From positions 1,200,001-1,232,000 of the forward strand of contig NC_018655.1 in assembly GCF_000299365.1 (NCBI RefSeq): a DNA stretch of 32,000 bases, given 5' to 3'. The DNA comes from Candidatus Nitrosopumilus koreensis AR1 (GTDB lineage Archaea > Thermoproteota > Nitrososphaeria > Nitrososphaerales > Nitrosopumilaceae). The translations under genes and the position numbers were made by a program. Under the pieces are notes generated by a model, which worked only from the letters and a program-made list of their open reading frames with translations, was not told where the DNA came from and did not search any database. Positions 18,887 through 30,775 of this stretch are shown one piece after another (position 1 is the stretch's first letter; every line of letters begins with the position of its first letter).

Positions 18887-19566
18887 CCAGTAACAGGAAT
18901 TTTTACCGATACCTTAGAACCATCTTTTAGTTTTGCAGTTTTCCTCAAACATGTTTTAGAGATCAATTCCACAACAGAATTATCATGATGAGTGCGTTCA
19001 AGTAAAATTAAATCGCATTTGATGGAATTATTTAATTTTGCAGGGAAGCATTTTACCCAACCGTAAGTTCTCTTTCCATCTGAAAAGCTCTTAATTTTAA
19101 TTCCATCCAAAGTTTCAAATTGTTTTATTGCTTCTTGATGAATTTTTTGATCTAGTCTCACATTAAGAGTTCCTGGAAATGGAACATATCCAATTTTAGA
19201 CTTGAATTGTTTTGTATATCCTTTTAATCCCATGTAATATGCACCCTCACCCATACCAGAAACTAAAGTTCCTTTTAGTTCAACATTTGAAGGAAAAGAG
19301 TCTAAACTTTTTTGTAAAATTGCAGATAATTTTACCATTTCAGAAAAGCCTTTGGATGTAATCTTCACAGAGATATTTCTTCCACTAATGATCCTATCAA
19401 TGAATTGGTTTTGTTCTAATTCAAGTAGATGTTTCGATGCAGCTTGTTGTGATTTTTTAATGCTTTTTCCCAAAGAAGATGTTGTGATTGTGACATAGTT
19501 ATGTTTTGCACCTTTAGATAAAAGATAAGATAAAGTTAGAATGTGCTGAATTTTTAGTTCAGACAT
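18883..19566 (-). CDS. ribK: CTP-dependent riboflavin kinase with N-terminal MarR-like HTH (RbkR-like)
   Basis: 227 aa. HTH segment VTITTSSLGKSIKKSQQAASKHLLELEQNQFIDR...ITSKG; kinase segment GTLVSGMGEGAYYMGLKGY...GYVPFPGTLNVRL. Confidence 0.9.
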   Translation of the reverse strand: MSELKIQHILTLSYLLSKGAKHNYVTITTSSLGKSIKKSQQAASKHLLELEQNQFIDRIISGRNISVKITSKGFSEMVKLSAILQKSLDSFPSNVELKGTLVSGMGEGAYYMGLKGYTKQFKSKIGYVPFPGTLNVRLDQKIHQEAIKQFETLDGIKIKSFSDGKRTYGWVKCFPAKLNNSIKCDLILLERTHHDNSVVELISKTCLRKTAKLKDGSKVSVKIPVTG

Positions 19567-19574
19567 CTAAGTCC

Positions 19575-20717
19575 CTATGCTACGCCTAAGTCACCGAATG
19601 TTTTGAGAGTCATTCCATCAGAGTTTGATAGTTTAGCTACTCTGTGTCCAATGACACATTCAATTCCTGCATTTTTGGCACCCTCTAAAAGTCTCTGAGT
19701 TATGATTCCATCTAGTAGAAGGTATTTGATTCCAGATTGAGTTGAAAGTTTACTGACAACTTCACTTATTGGAACTTTGAAAATTTCATTATTGTCAGCA
19801 TCTAGTGCAATTGCTTCAAGAGTTTCATTTAGGGTTGGGAAAATTTTTGATGCCATTTCTGCAAGTGGTTTATCATTTTCACTTTTTAGTGCGGGTGATG
19901 GTTTTCCACCTTTAATCTCTGCTGCAACAGGACTAAGAATTTCATCAATTCTTTGTGGAGTTAATTCTTCAACTTCAACATCATTATCAGCTCTTAATTC
20001 ATAATCAAGAGGAACAACGGATTTGAGTTCTTTAAGAATAAATCCACCTGCTCTATCACCATCTAAGAATGCTACAACAGTATCTTTAGAATTACATAAT
20101 TCTTTGATAGATTCATCAATTTTTGCACCTTCAATTGCAAGAGCATTATCATATCCAGCTCTGAGAAGATTAATCACATCTGCTCGTCCTTCAACTAAAA
20201 TTACCCAGTTAGAGTCAGCTAGACCTGAACTGCAAGTAAGTTTGGATGGCCCGTATGTAGTTAATTTTCCAGTGTCACCCTGATGAACATCATTTAGCAT
20301 GGTTTCTCCTTCACTGACAGTTTTAGTTGCCCATTTTTGCTTGATCTCTTTTGCACGTCTTACAATATCGTCTTTCTTTGCAGCACGTACATCATCAATT
20401 GCTTCTAATGTAAACTTGCAATCAAATGGGCCTACTTTGTCAATGCTTTCAATTCCTGCGGCAATTAATGCACAAGTATCAATATCAGTACTCATAGGAA
20501 TCAATGCATCTCCAGATGTAGTATTTGCAGTAGTTCTTGCATTTACTTCAATGCGACCTACTTTAGAAACTCGTTGCAGTTCATTCAGATTCATCTCAGG
20601 GCCCAACAGTCCTTCTGTTTGACCGAAGATTGCTCCGATTATATCTGCCCTTTCAACGAGCCCATCAACTTCATAGGAAAGTTTAACATGATATTTGACA
20701 ATTCCTGATTGAGGCAT
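19575..20717 (-). CDS. dnaG: Archaeal DnaG-like primase (Toprim)
   Basis: 380 aa. VKYHVKLSYEVDGLVERADIIGAIFGQTEGLLG; Toprim motifs VILVEGRADVINLLRAGY and VVAFLDGDRAG. Confidence 0.95.
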   Translation of the reverse strand: MPQSGIVKYHVKLSYEVDGLVERADIIGAIFGQTEGLLGPEMNLNELQRVSKVGRIEVNARTTANTTSGDALIPMSTDIDTCALIAAGIESIDKVGPFDCKFTLEAIDDVRAAKKDDIVRRAKEIKQKWATKTVSEGETMLNDVHQGDTGKLTTYGPSKLTCSSGLADSNWVILVEGRADVINLLRAGYDNALAIEGAKIDESIKELCNSKDTVVAFLDGDRAGGFILKELKSVVPLDYELRADNDVEVEELTPQRIDEILSPVAAEIKGGKPSPALKSENDKPLAEMASKIFPTLNETLEAIALDADNNEIFKVPISEVVSKLSTQSGIKYLLLDGIITQRLLEGAKNAGIECVIGHRVAKLSNSDGMTLKTFGDLGVA

Positions 20718-20869
20718 AAATTATTCATCTCCTTAATTATCATATTTTGACTCTCTGTATTCGATATATGAGGGTATCGCAAAATTTTGAACTAAAAAAC
20801 TAGTATTTTTCAAAAAACCCACATCAGAGTATCTATAGATAAATGTAAAAATGAAAAATGATGGTGTGT

Positions 20870-21220
20870 TTATTCAGTACTAAATGAATGACCACATGAG
20901 CAGGATTTTGTAACATTTGGATTGTTAATCTTAAATCCAGAACCCATCAGGCTTTCAATATAGTCAACGTTTGCACCTTGTAGATGGTCAACGCTGTAAC
21001 TGTCAACTAGAAGTTTTACACCATTTTCTTCCATGACTAGGTCATCTTCTTCTGGTGCTTTTTCAAAGCCCATTCCGTAAGACAAACCAGAACAGCCTCC
21101 ACCCTGAACATATACCCTAAGGTATTCAGGAGATTCTGCCTCTTCTTTCATGAATTCTTTGATTTTCTCAGCTGCTTTTGCAGTAACTGTGATCATCTTT
21201 TGTGTTTGCTCAGTTGCCAT
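20870..21220 (-). CDS. IscA/ErpA-type iron-sulfur cluster assembly protein
   Basis: LRVYVQGGGCSGLSYGMGFE and a C-terminal CSCGHSF give the three conserved cysteines. Start trimmed from 21271 to ATG 21220. Confidence 0.93.
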   Translation of the reverse strand: MATEQTQKMITVTAKAAEKIKEFMKEEAESPEYLRVYVQGGGCSGLSYGMGFEKAPEEDDLVMEENGVKLLVDSYSVDHLQGANVDYIESLMGSGFKINNPNVTKSCSCGHSFSTE

Positions 21221-21313
21221 AATGAACAAAAAAGTCGTTTTTAAATATAATAAGCTTTTCCAACCCAACACACTAGTAATCCAAGAGAATTGGGCCTGTT
21301 TTTTGTCAAAAAT

Positions 21314-21760
21314 TTAGTGATCAGCAATATGTTTGACAAGATCACTAGAAGTGATTATACCAATAACTTTGTCATCATCAATTACAGGCAGTTTTCGAAT
21401 ATTTCTTGTAGACATTAGATCGGAAGCAGTCCAAAGATCAGAATCAGGTTCAATAGAAATCAAAGGAGAAGACATTATTCGTCTAACAGGGGTGTCAATA
21501 GGATATGCATGAGCAGCTATTTTGATTGCAAAATCTCGATCAGTTACAATTCCAACAGGGGTACCTTTTTCTAGAACAGTAATTGAACCAACACCACAAT
21601 CTTCCATCATTTTTGCAGCATCAGTTGCGGTAACAGACGAATCAACGGATAGAACAGAATTACTCATGATTTCTTTTACAGAAGTTTTTTGTTGAATAGG
21701 GTCCGAATTCATGTTTGGTATTATATCAAGTGATATTTCAAAGGATTTACTGGATTTCAA
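21314..21760 (-). CDS. Tandem CBS-domain protein
   Basis: 148 aa. MEDCGVGSITVLEKGTPVGIVTDRDFAIKI and MSTRNIRKLPVIDDDKVIGIITSSDLVKHI. Confidence 0.92.
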   Translation of the reverse strand: MKSSKSFEISLDIIPNMNSDPIQQKTSVKEIMSNSVLSVDSSVTATDAAKMMEDCGVGSITVLEKGTPVGIVTDRDFAIKIAAHAYPIDTPVRRIMSSPLISIEPDSDLWTASDLMSTRNIRKLPVIDDDKVIGIITSSDLVKHIADH

Positions 21761-22356
21761 GTATGATAATCATGTTCATTGAAATCAGAACCTAACTGAA
21801 CAGTTAGAATTACAGTAGAATCAGTTGTTTGGAATTTTAATTCCTTATCAGGCAAGAAACTACGAAATACTTGAGTTAACAATTGTTCTGTAAAAACAGA
21901 CCATTTCATCCCCAGTTCATGTTGAATCAAAAAGCTATGCATATCACCCTCAATTCTATGATCAGAATTCATTCCTGATGCCCTCATGTAATCTTCTAAT
22001 GTCTCAATACATCGTTTAAGATCATAACCACCTTTGATAAACAAAACAGTATCTTTAATCATTGGAAAAATCAATGTTATAATTTCATCAATATCTTTTC
22101 CATCAAGCTCACTTCCCAAAGATTCCAAGATTCCTTTGGGTACGGGAATCATTCCTATTTTGTTTGAAAATCTATCCCATTGAATGTATTTTTCTAGAAT
22201 TTGTTTTACAAGTACATTTTGAGAAATGCTTTTCATAGTAGCCTCTGTTTCTAATTCATTGACTAACTTTTCAGGTAGTCTATAGGTAATGCTACGCGTA
22301 GACTCTTTTTTTTGATTATGAATCTGTCTGTTTGAAACCAACTTTTCTTTCATCAT
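21757..22356 (-). CDS. Putative ribbon-helix-helix DNA-binding protein with an uncharacterised C-terminal domain
   Basis: 199 aa. STRSITYRLPEKLVNELETEATMKSISQNVLVKQILEKYIQW resembles RHH/CopG. The rest is not recognisable to me. Its end overlaps the CBS gene start by 4 nt. Confidence 0.65.
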   Translation of the reverse strand: MMKEKLVSNRQIHNQKKESTRSITYRLPEKLVNELETEATMKSISQNVLVKQILEKYIQWDRFSNKIGMIPVPKGILESLGSELDGKDIDEIITLIFPMIKDTVLFIKGGYDLKRCIETLEDYMRASGMNSDHRIEGDMHSFLIQHELGMKWSVFTEQLLTQVFRSFLPDKELKFQTTDSTVILTVQLGSDFNEHDYHT

Positions 22357-22386
22357 ATTTCAGATCTTCCAGTTATAAAACAATAG

Positions 22387-22737
22387 TTAACTCGTACTAG
22401 ACGAGTTAGGAACAATTTCGATGTGGGTTTCTTCCAAATTACACTGAAGGGATATTGATTTTACCTTACTCTTGTAAAGGAAGTATTTTTTCCCATCCTC
22501 ATTGATTGAACCGGAGATTGCAAGCAATTTTGCATCATATAGTGTCTGTAATCTGCGGTAAACAGTACTAATGGGGATTTTTTTATCACCGGATAACTCC
22601 ATTGCAGATTTGGGTTTTTCTAGGGTATCATGGAGGATTTGTTTGCAATATTTGTCAGCTAGGACTTCTAAAATTATTTGCTTACGTTCATCATCCATTA
22701 CTTTTTGGGTTTGGATTAATTCTTGCATGATTTCCAC
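22387..22737 (-). CDS. Winged-helix (ArsR-like) transcriptional regulator
   Basis: 116 aa. ILEVLADKYCKQILHDTLEKPKSAMELSGDKKIPISTVYRRLQTLYDAKLLAISG. Confidence 0.8.
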   Translation of the reverse strand: MEIMQELIQTQKVMDDERKQIILEVLADKYCKQILHDTLEKPKSAMELSGDKKIPISTVYRRLQTLYDAKLLAISGSINEDGKKYFLYKSKVKSISLQCNLEETHIEIVPNSSSTS

Positions 22738-22823
22738 ATGTGATAATCAGATATAATCAAAGGGTATACATTGCAAGACACTGCACTCGAATATTATAAA
22801 TTCCCATAATTCTACAGAAATGT

Positions 22824-23348
22824 ATGGAACGTATGCCAAAAATGATATCTGTTTTGATTTTAGTGTTTTCGATTTCATTAGTTTCTATCACAGTTAATTT
22901 TGCTAGTGCACAAGCAGTACCAGAATGGGTAAAAAATACAGCATTGTGGTACGGTGAAGGAACCATCTCTGAAGGAGAGTTTCTCAACATGATAAAATTT
23001 CTAATTGAAAATAAAGTAATAGTGCTAGATAGTGTTATGGAACCAGTTCCACAAGCAATTAATGCACAGATTACCATTCCAAATGGAAACTATGATGTCA
23101 CAGGTGCAGGATTTTATTCGCCATTGAACTTGGAGATTCCAATAGACACCACTGTTACATGGGTAAATGATGATTCAGTACCTCACAATATCCAAAGTAC
23201 TGACGGAAAGGGACATGTCATACAATTGTTTAACAGTCCACCACTTAACACTGGAGATAAATTTGAGTTTACGTTTGAAGAATCAGGAGTTTACAACTAT
23301 TACTGCTCATTTCATCCTTGGAGAGTAGGATTAGTTACAGTATCTTAG
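22824..23348 (+). CDS. Secreted/membrane-anchored cupredoxin (plastocyanin-like)
   Basis: 174 aa. N-terminal hydrophobic signal ISVLILVFSISLVSITVNFASA; copper-site-like motifs DTTVTWVNDDSVPHNI and GVYNYYCSFHPWRVG. Confidence 0.88.
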   Translation: MERMPKMISVLILVFSISLVSITVNFASAQAVPEWVKNTALWYGEGTISEGEFLNMIKFLIENKVIVLDSVMEPVPQAINAQITIPNGNYDVTGAGFYSPLNLEIPIDTTVTWVNDDSVPHNIQSTDGKGHVIQLFNSPPLNTGDKFEFTFEESGVYNYYCSFHPWRVGLVTVS

Positions 23349-23404
23349 AGGCAGTAAAACTCTAGTTTTTGTGATTTAATAAAATAAGAGGAAATAGGAA
23401 ATAG

Positions 23405-24175
<771 letters not shown>

Positions 24176-24202
24176 TCAAGTCATGCGAGACTTAAATGTT
24201 AT

Positions 24203-26362
<2,160 letters not shown>

Positions 26363-27045
26363 TCAAAGATGAAATACAGATTTGTAATTGTTGTAAAAAT
26401 TCTTCATATTTGATTTTACAAGTGAAATATTTTCATTGATGTCTAAACGGATTTTTTCTGGATCGATGTCAGGTATTTGTTTTAGTTTTTCTTCAGTGTT
26501 ATCAAGCCAAAGATTCACCATTTCTTCATTTACTTCAATATGGAATTGTAGACCAACAGCACTTTTGTATTGAAATGCTTGATTTTGGTAATGCTCAGAT
26601 GAGGCCAATCTTGTGGCACCATCAGGCAGATCAAAGGTATCACCATGCCAATGAAATACAGTAAAGGGGTTTTTGAATCCTGAAAAGAGAACAGAGTTAT
26701 TTTTTATTTCCAAGTCATTATAGAAACCAATTTCTTTTTTAGTCCAGAGTATACTTTGCCACCAAATGTTTTTGCAATTAATTGAGATCCTAAACATATT
26801 CCTAAAACAGGAATGTTTTTTTCAACAGAATTTTTGATTAATTCTTGTTCTTCTTTAAGATATGGTAAATCATCATTTGCACTTTCAGGAGCTCCTAAAA
26901 GTACAACAAGGGAAAAATCTGAGGTTGGAAGTTTTTCATGTTTTGCATTTACTGATGTAATATCAAATCCGTCTGCTTTGAGAAGATCCCCAAGGTAACC
27001 AGAACCTTCAATTCGAGTATTTTGAACAAGTAAAACGTTTGACAT
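26363..27045 (-). pseudogene. Class I glutamine amidotransferase (GMP-synthase-like) interrupted by one frameshift
   Basis: One frame (27045 down to about 26741): MSNVLLVQNTRIEGSGYLGDLL...VLGICLGSQLIAKTFGGKVYSG. The other (to 26363): KKEIGFYNDLEIKNNSVLFSGFKNPFTVFHWHGDTFDLPDGA...GLQFHIEV. The joined protein has the catalytic Cys, His and Glu. The frame changes at the T6/A6 run 26735-26740. Confidence 0.87.
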
Positions 27046-27093
27046 ATTTTCTATATACAAAAGCGCTTAATATGTTGAAATGAATTTAGAAAT

Positions 27094-27471
27094 GTGTTTG
27101 TTACCGAACAAGAAATTTCAGAATTACAAAATTTTGTTTTACAATTAAACTCAGTTACAGATGGAATCATAGTGGTTGAAGGAAAAAGAGATTGCAATGC
27201 ATTAAGAAGATTAGGATACCAGGGAAAAATTTTAGAGTTTCATAAGTTTGGAGGAATGAACAAATTTGCAGACACAGTTGCAAAATATAAAAAAATTATT
27301 GTTCTTTTTGACAGAGACAGAAAAGGAAGATACCTTACAGGAAAGACAATTCAGTTGTTACAAAGAAGAACAAAATTAGATTTATCATACAAACGAAAGT
27401 TGAGACAGATTACAAAAGGGAAAATTATGTTTATTGAACAACTAGTTTGTTACGAATCTTATTTAGTCTAA
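27094..27471 (+). CDS. Small archaeal Toprim-domain protein
   Basis: 125 aa. DGIIVVEGKRDCNALRRLG and KIIVLFDRDRKGRYLTGKTIQLL. GTG start. Confidence 0.75.
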   Translation: MFVTEQEISELQNFVLQLNSVTDGIIVVEGKRDCNALRRLGYQGKILEFHKFGGMNKFADTVAKYKKIIVLFDRDRKGRYLTGKTIQLLQRRTKLDLSYKRKLRQITKGKIMFIEQLVCYESYLV

Positions 27472-28742
27472 GGCCAGATACCTTTTTGGTTAAAAGCCTC
27501 AATGACTCTTTCTACGGCTAAAACCATTGTGGCTTTTCTCATATCGATTTTGTGTTTCTTTGATAGTTCGTAAGCATCTTTGAATCCTTGAGTGATATTT
27601 TTCTCCATCTTGTTTGCTACTTCATCAAATGTCCAATAGTAACCCATGTTGTTTTGAACCCATTCTAGATATGATATACAAACACCACCAGAATTTGCCA
27701 AGATGTCAGGGATTACTAGGATCTTCTTTTGGTAAAGAATTGGATCTGCTTCAGGCAATGTTGGACCATTTGCAGCTTCAGCAATAATTTTACATTGTAA
27801 TTTTTGTGCAATCTTAGCGGTAATTTGGTTTTCTAAAGCACCTGGAACTAAAACATCACATTTTGTTGTAAGCAGTTCTTCAGTAGAGATTTTTTTGCTT
27901 CCAGGAAATCCAACAACACTTCCTTTCTTTTGTTTGTGTTCTAAGATTTTACTAACCTTTGCACCTTTTGGAATTGAAATAGAACCTTTAGAATCACTAA
28001 CTGCAATAACTTTTGCACCCATCTTTTCAAGATATTCTCCTGCAAATGTAGAGGCATTTCCGAATCCTTGTAAAACAACTTTAGCACCTTTAAGATTTAG
28101 TTTAATTGTTTTTGCAGCTTCTCTTACAGTATATGCTGCTCCTAAACCAGTTGCAACATTTCGAGCAAGAGAACCACCCATAGAAATTGGTTTTCCAGTG
28201 ATTACTCCTGGAGAATATTTGTTACCGTTTAATTTACTAAATGTATCCATGATTTGTGTCATCTCTTTTCCTGTAGTGTAAACATCAGGAGCAGGAATAT
28301 CTTTTTCAGGACCTATAACTTCTGAAATTTTATATGCAAATCCACGAGTTAGCCTTTCTAATTCATTGTCACTAAGTTTTTCAGTTTTAGGATTAACATA
28401 AATTCCACCTTTACCTCCACCTAGAGGAACATCTACAATTGCACATTTCCATGTCATCCATGAAGAAAGGGCCATAACTTCGCGTTCCATATATTCAACT
28501 CCACCTTCTGGATCAAAATATCGAATACCTCCTTTGTATGGACCTCTATCGTTATTGTGTTGACTTCTAAAACCTGTGAAAACTCTAATTTTTCCATTAT
28601 CCATAGTTACTGGAATCTTTACTCTAAGAACCCTATTTGGCATTGCAAGATATTCACGCAAGCCCTTGTCTTTAATTCCTAAAATGTCACATGCATCATT
28701 GACTTGTTTTGTTGCATTAACAAACGGATCATTCTTTACCAA
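27468..28742 (-). CDS. gdhA: Glutamate dehydrogenase
   Basis: 424 aa. VFTGFRSQHNNDRGPYKGGIRY, WMTWKCAIVDVPLGGGKGGI, VVLQGFGNASTFAGEYL, ILANSGGVCISYLEWVQN. Confidence 0.95.
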   Translation of the reverse strand: MVKNDPFVNATKQVNDACDILGIKDKGLREYLAMPNRVLRVKIPVTMDNGKIRVFTGFRSQHNNDRGPYKGGIRYFDPEGGVEYMEREVMALSSWMTWKCAIVDVPLGGGKGGIYVNPKTEKLSDNELERLTRGFAYKISEVIGPEKDIPAPDVYTTGKEMTQIMDTFSKLNGNKYSPGVITGKPISMGGSLARNVATGLGAAYTVREAAKTIKLNLKGAKVVLQGFGNASTFAGEYLEKMGAKVIAVSDSKGSISIPKGAKVSKILEHKQKKGSVVGFPGSKKISTEELLTTKCDVLVPGALENQITAKIAQKLQCKIIAEAANGPTLPEADPILYQKKILVIPDILANSGGVCISYLEWVQNNMGYYWTFDEVANKMEKNITQGFKDAYELSKKHKIDMRKATMVLAVERVIEAFNQKGIWP

Positions 28743-28817
28743 GACGATCGTTTTAGAAAGATTCGGATTATATAAGTTTGGTTGAAAATTTCTGATCGCT
28801 ATTTCACATCATACGAA

Positions 28818-29201
28818 TTAAAGATAGACTTTCTTGTGATTCATGTTTCTATCTAGTTTATCAATTGCTTCATCCAAAGCAGAGATATTCATTTCAAGAA
28901 AGTTTGACAAGTGGAAAATTGCACCGTATTTTTCACCAATTTTTGATACCATGTTATTTTTCTCAAGTACTTTCATGTGATGTTGTATGGCTTTGTAATC
29001 AAGATCAAGTTCTTGAGATAATTGATGAGTGTTGTATGGCTTGTCAAGCAGACTCATAATAATTCGTAATCGAGTAAATCCACCTCTAGTGCTAGTAAAC
29101 AAATAAAACAATAATTTTCTAGTTTGTTTATCAGGTTTCCTTTGGTTTGAGACTTGTATAGATCTAAGTATTTCTTTGAATTCTAGTAATTGATTAGCCA
29201 T
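28818..29201 (-). CDS. Winged-helix (ArsR-like) transcriptional regulator
   Basis: 127 aa. RLRIIMSLLDKPYNTHQLSQELDLDYKAIQHHMKVLEKNNMVSKIG. Confidence 0.83.
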   Translation of the reverse strand: MANQLLEFKEILRSIQVSNQRKPDKQTRKLLFYLFTSTRGGFTRLRIIMSLLDKPYNTHQLSQELDLDYKAIQHHMKVLEKNNMVSKIGEKYGAIFHLSNFLEMNISALDEAIDKLDRNMNHKKVYL

Positions 29202-29307
29202 TTTCTTAAAGTACGATGATTTTACTTAAAACCCTATTTCCAGATCTTTTCCATATTCAGGCTGCGATAATTACCCTTAAATTGACTGAGAATGAACTCG
29301 TCATAAC

Positions 29308-30030
29308 ATGATGGCATCACGCGGTTACGATATGACACCTACCATGTATTCTCCAGATGGCAGAATTTACCAAGTAGAATATGCCATAGAGACCGTAAAA
29401 AGAGGAACTCTGGCAATTGGGGTAATTAGTAAAGAAGGCGTCATCATGGCAGTTGAAGAGAAACCTCGTACATTACAAAGTACAGATGTTACACAGAAAA
29501 TTTTCCAAGTAGATTATCATATTGGTGTTGCAGCAGCAGGATACATTCCAGATGCACGAGTTCAAGTTGACAGTGCAAGATTCTTCTCACAAGGGAACAG
29601 AATGACTTATGATGAATCAGTAGAAGTTGCTACCGTTGCAAAACATCTAGCAGACCAAGCACATCAATTTACTCAATATGGAGGAGTTCGTCCAAATGGT
29701 GTTTCAATGATCATAGCAGGTGTTGACCAAAAAGGAGAGTCAATCTATGTAACTGACCCAAGTGGAACTTATGTTCAATTTGCAGCAATTGCAATTGGTG
29801 CAGGTTCTGATGATGTGAATGAATTTTTGGAGAAAAATTACAAAGATGATTTAAGTTTGGAGGATGCAGCAGCATTAGCAATTGCTGCAATCAATCTAAA
29901 AGCAGAACAAAAAGAAGGAATCAATGACATCAAAATGGCAAAGATTTCATCCGAGTCTAAAATCTTTGAGAAAGTTTCTGAAGCAGACTTGCAGAAATAT
30001 TCTCAAAATGCATCAAAGTTTGTTCCATAA
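29308..30030 (+). CDS. psmA: Archaeal 20S proteasome alpha subunit
   Basis: 240 aa. RGYDMTPTMYSPDGRIYQVEYAIETVKRGTLAIG and GVSMIIAGVD. Confidence 0.96.
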   Translation: MMASRGYDMTPTMYSPDGRIYQVEYAIETVKRGTLAIGVISKEGVIMAVEEKPRTLQSTDVTQKIFQVDYHIGVAAAGYIPDARVQVDSARFFSQGNRMTYDESVEVATVAKHLADQAHQFTQYGGVRPNGVSMIIAGVDQKGESIYVTDPSGTYVQFAAIAIGAGSDDVNEFLEKNYKDDLSLEDAAALAIAAINLKAEQKEGINDIKMAKISSESKIFEKVSEADLQKYSQNASKFVP

Positions 30031-30082
30031 TAGAATTTTAGATTTGAAAGATATTCATTTCAGTATACAGAGACGATAGATA

Positions 30083-30775
30083 ATGGGTTTAGGAAGTAAT
30101 TATTGGGGCGAAGTAATAGAGGTACTTCGTGAAATCATTCCAGTTTATGACAAGGTTAATTCAATTATTTCATTAGGAAAAGATGTAGAGCATCGTAATC
30201 GTGGAATTTCACAAAGAGTTTTTCCAGGAAATAAAATACTAGACGCAGGTTCAGGCTTTGGCAACATGTCAAAGACAGCATTGAAGCTTACTGATGGTAA
30301 AATTTCAGTTACACTTTATGATCCACTAGTTCCGATGTTAAAAAATACAGGTTCCCATTTTGAAAAAACACCTGACATGGCAAATGGTGTTTTTGAACAT
30401 ATTCCATTTAAAGACGAAGAATTTGATGCAGTACTATGCGGTTATTCTTTACGAGACGCAATAAATTTGAGAATTGCAATTTCTGAAATCCACAGGGTCT
30501 TGAAAAAAGAAGGACGGTTTGTTATTGTAGATTTGGGAAAGCCCGATAGTGCATTCATCAGAGCAGGAGTTGCATTTTATCTTAGATGTATTTTACCAAT
30601 CCTTGCATTTACTGCAGGAGGTAAGCTTGGATTAAAATTTGGAACGCTCTATGGAACTTTCAAGAGATGGCCTCAAAATAAAAAGCTGGAAGGCTTGCTG
30701 TTAGAGAAATTCTCCAGGGTAGAATTTGAGAAAGACCTTATGGGTGGAGCAATCATGGTTGCAGCATACAAATGA
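30083..30775 (+). CDS. SAM-dependent methyltransferase, UbiE/MenG-like
   Basis: 230 aa. VYDKVNSIISLGKDVEHRNRG, ILDAGSGFGNMSK, FDAVLCGYSLRDAINLRIAISEIHRVLKKEGRFVIVDLGKP. Confidence 0.85.
   Translation: MGLGSNYWGEVIEVLREIIPVYDKVNSIISLGKDVEHRNRGISQRVFPGNKILDAGSGFGNMSKTALKLTDGKISVTLYDPLVPMLKNTGSHFEKTPDMANGVFEHIPFKDEEFDAVLCGYSLRDAINLRIAISEIHRVLKKEGRFVIVDLGKPDSAFIRAGVAFYLRCILPILAFTAGGKLGLKFGTLYGTFKRWPQNKKLEGLLLEKFSRVEFEKDLMGGAIMVAAYK

Noticed and set aside
19777-20622. Plus-strand ORFs 19777..20004, 20023..20283 and 20299..20622 opposite dnaG
   Set aside because: Antisense shadow ORFs, Ser/Leu-rich, with no independent evidence.
20718-20869. Intergenic region between dnaG and the IscA-like gene as a possible tRNA or structured RNA
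   Set aside because: No cloverleaf, CCA-adjacent acceptor stem or strong hairpin could be identified by eye. It looks like AT-rich promoter sequence.
22757-23077. 106-aa minus-strand ORF opposite the cupredoxin signal-peptide region
   Set aside because: Antisense to the cupredoxin, low-complexity Thr/Ile composition, no motif.
23349-23404. AAAACT-CT-AGTTTT inverted repeat followed by a T-run as a terminator between the convergent cupredoxin and crotonase genes
   Set aside because: The stem is only 6 AT-rich base pairs with a 2-nt loop, too weak to call. Archaeal termination does not usually need a hairpin.
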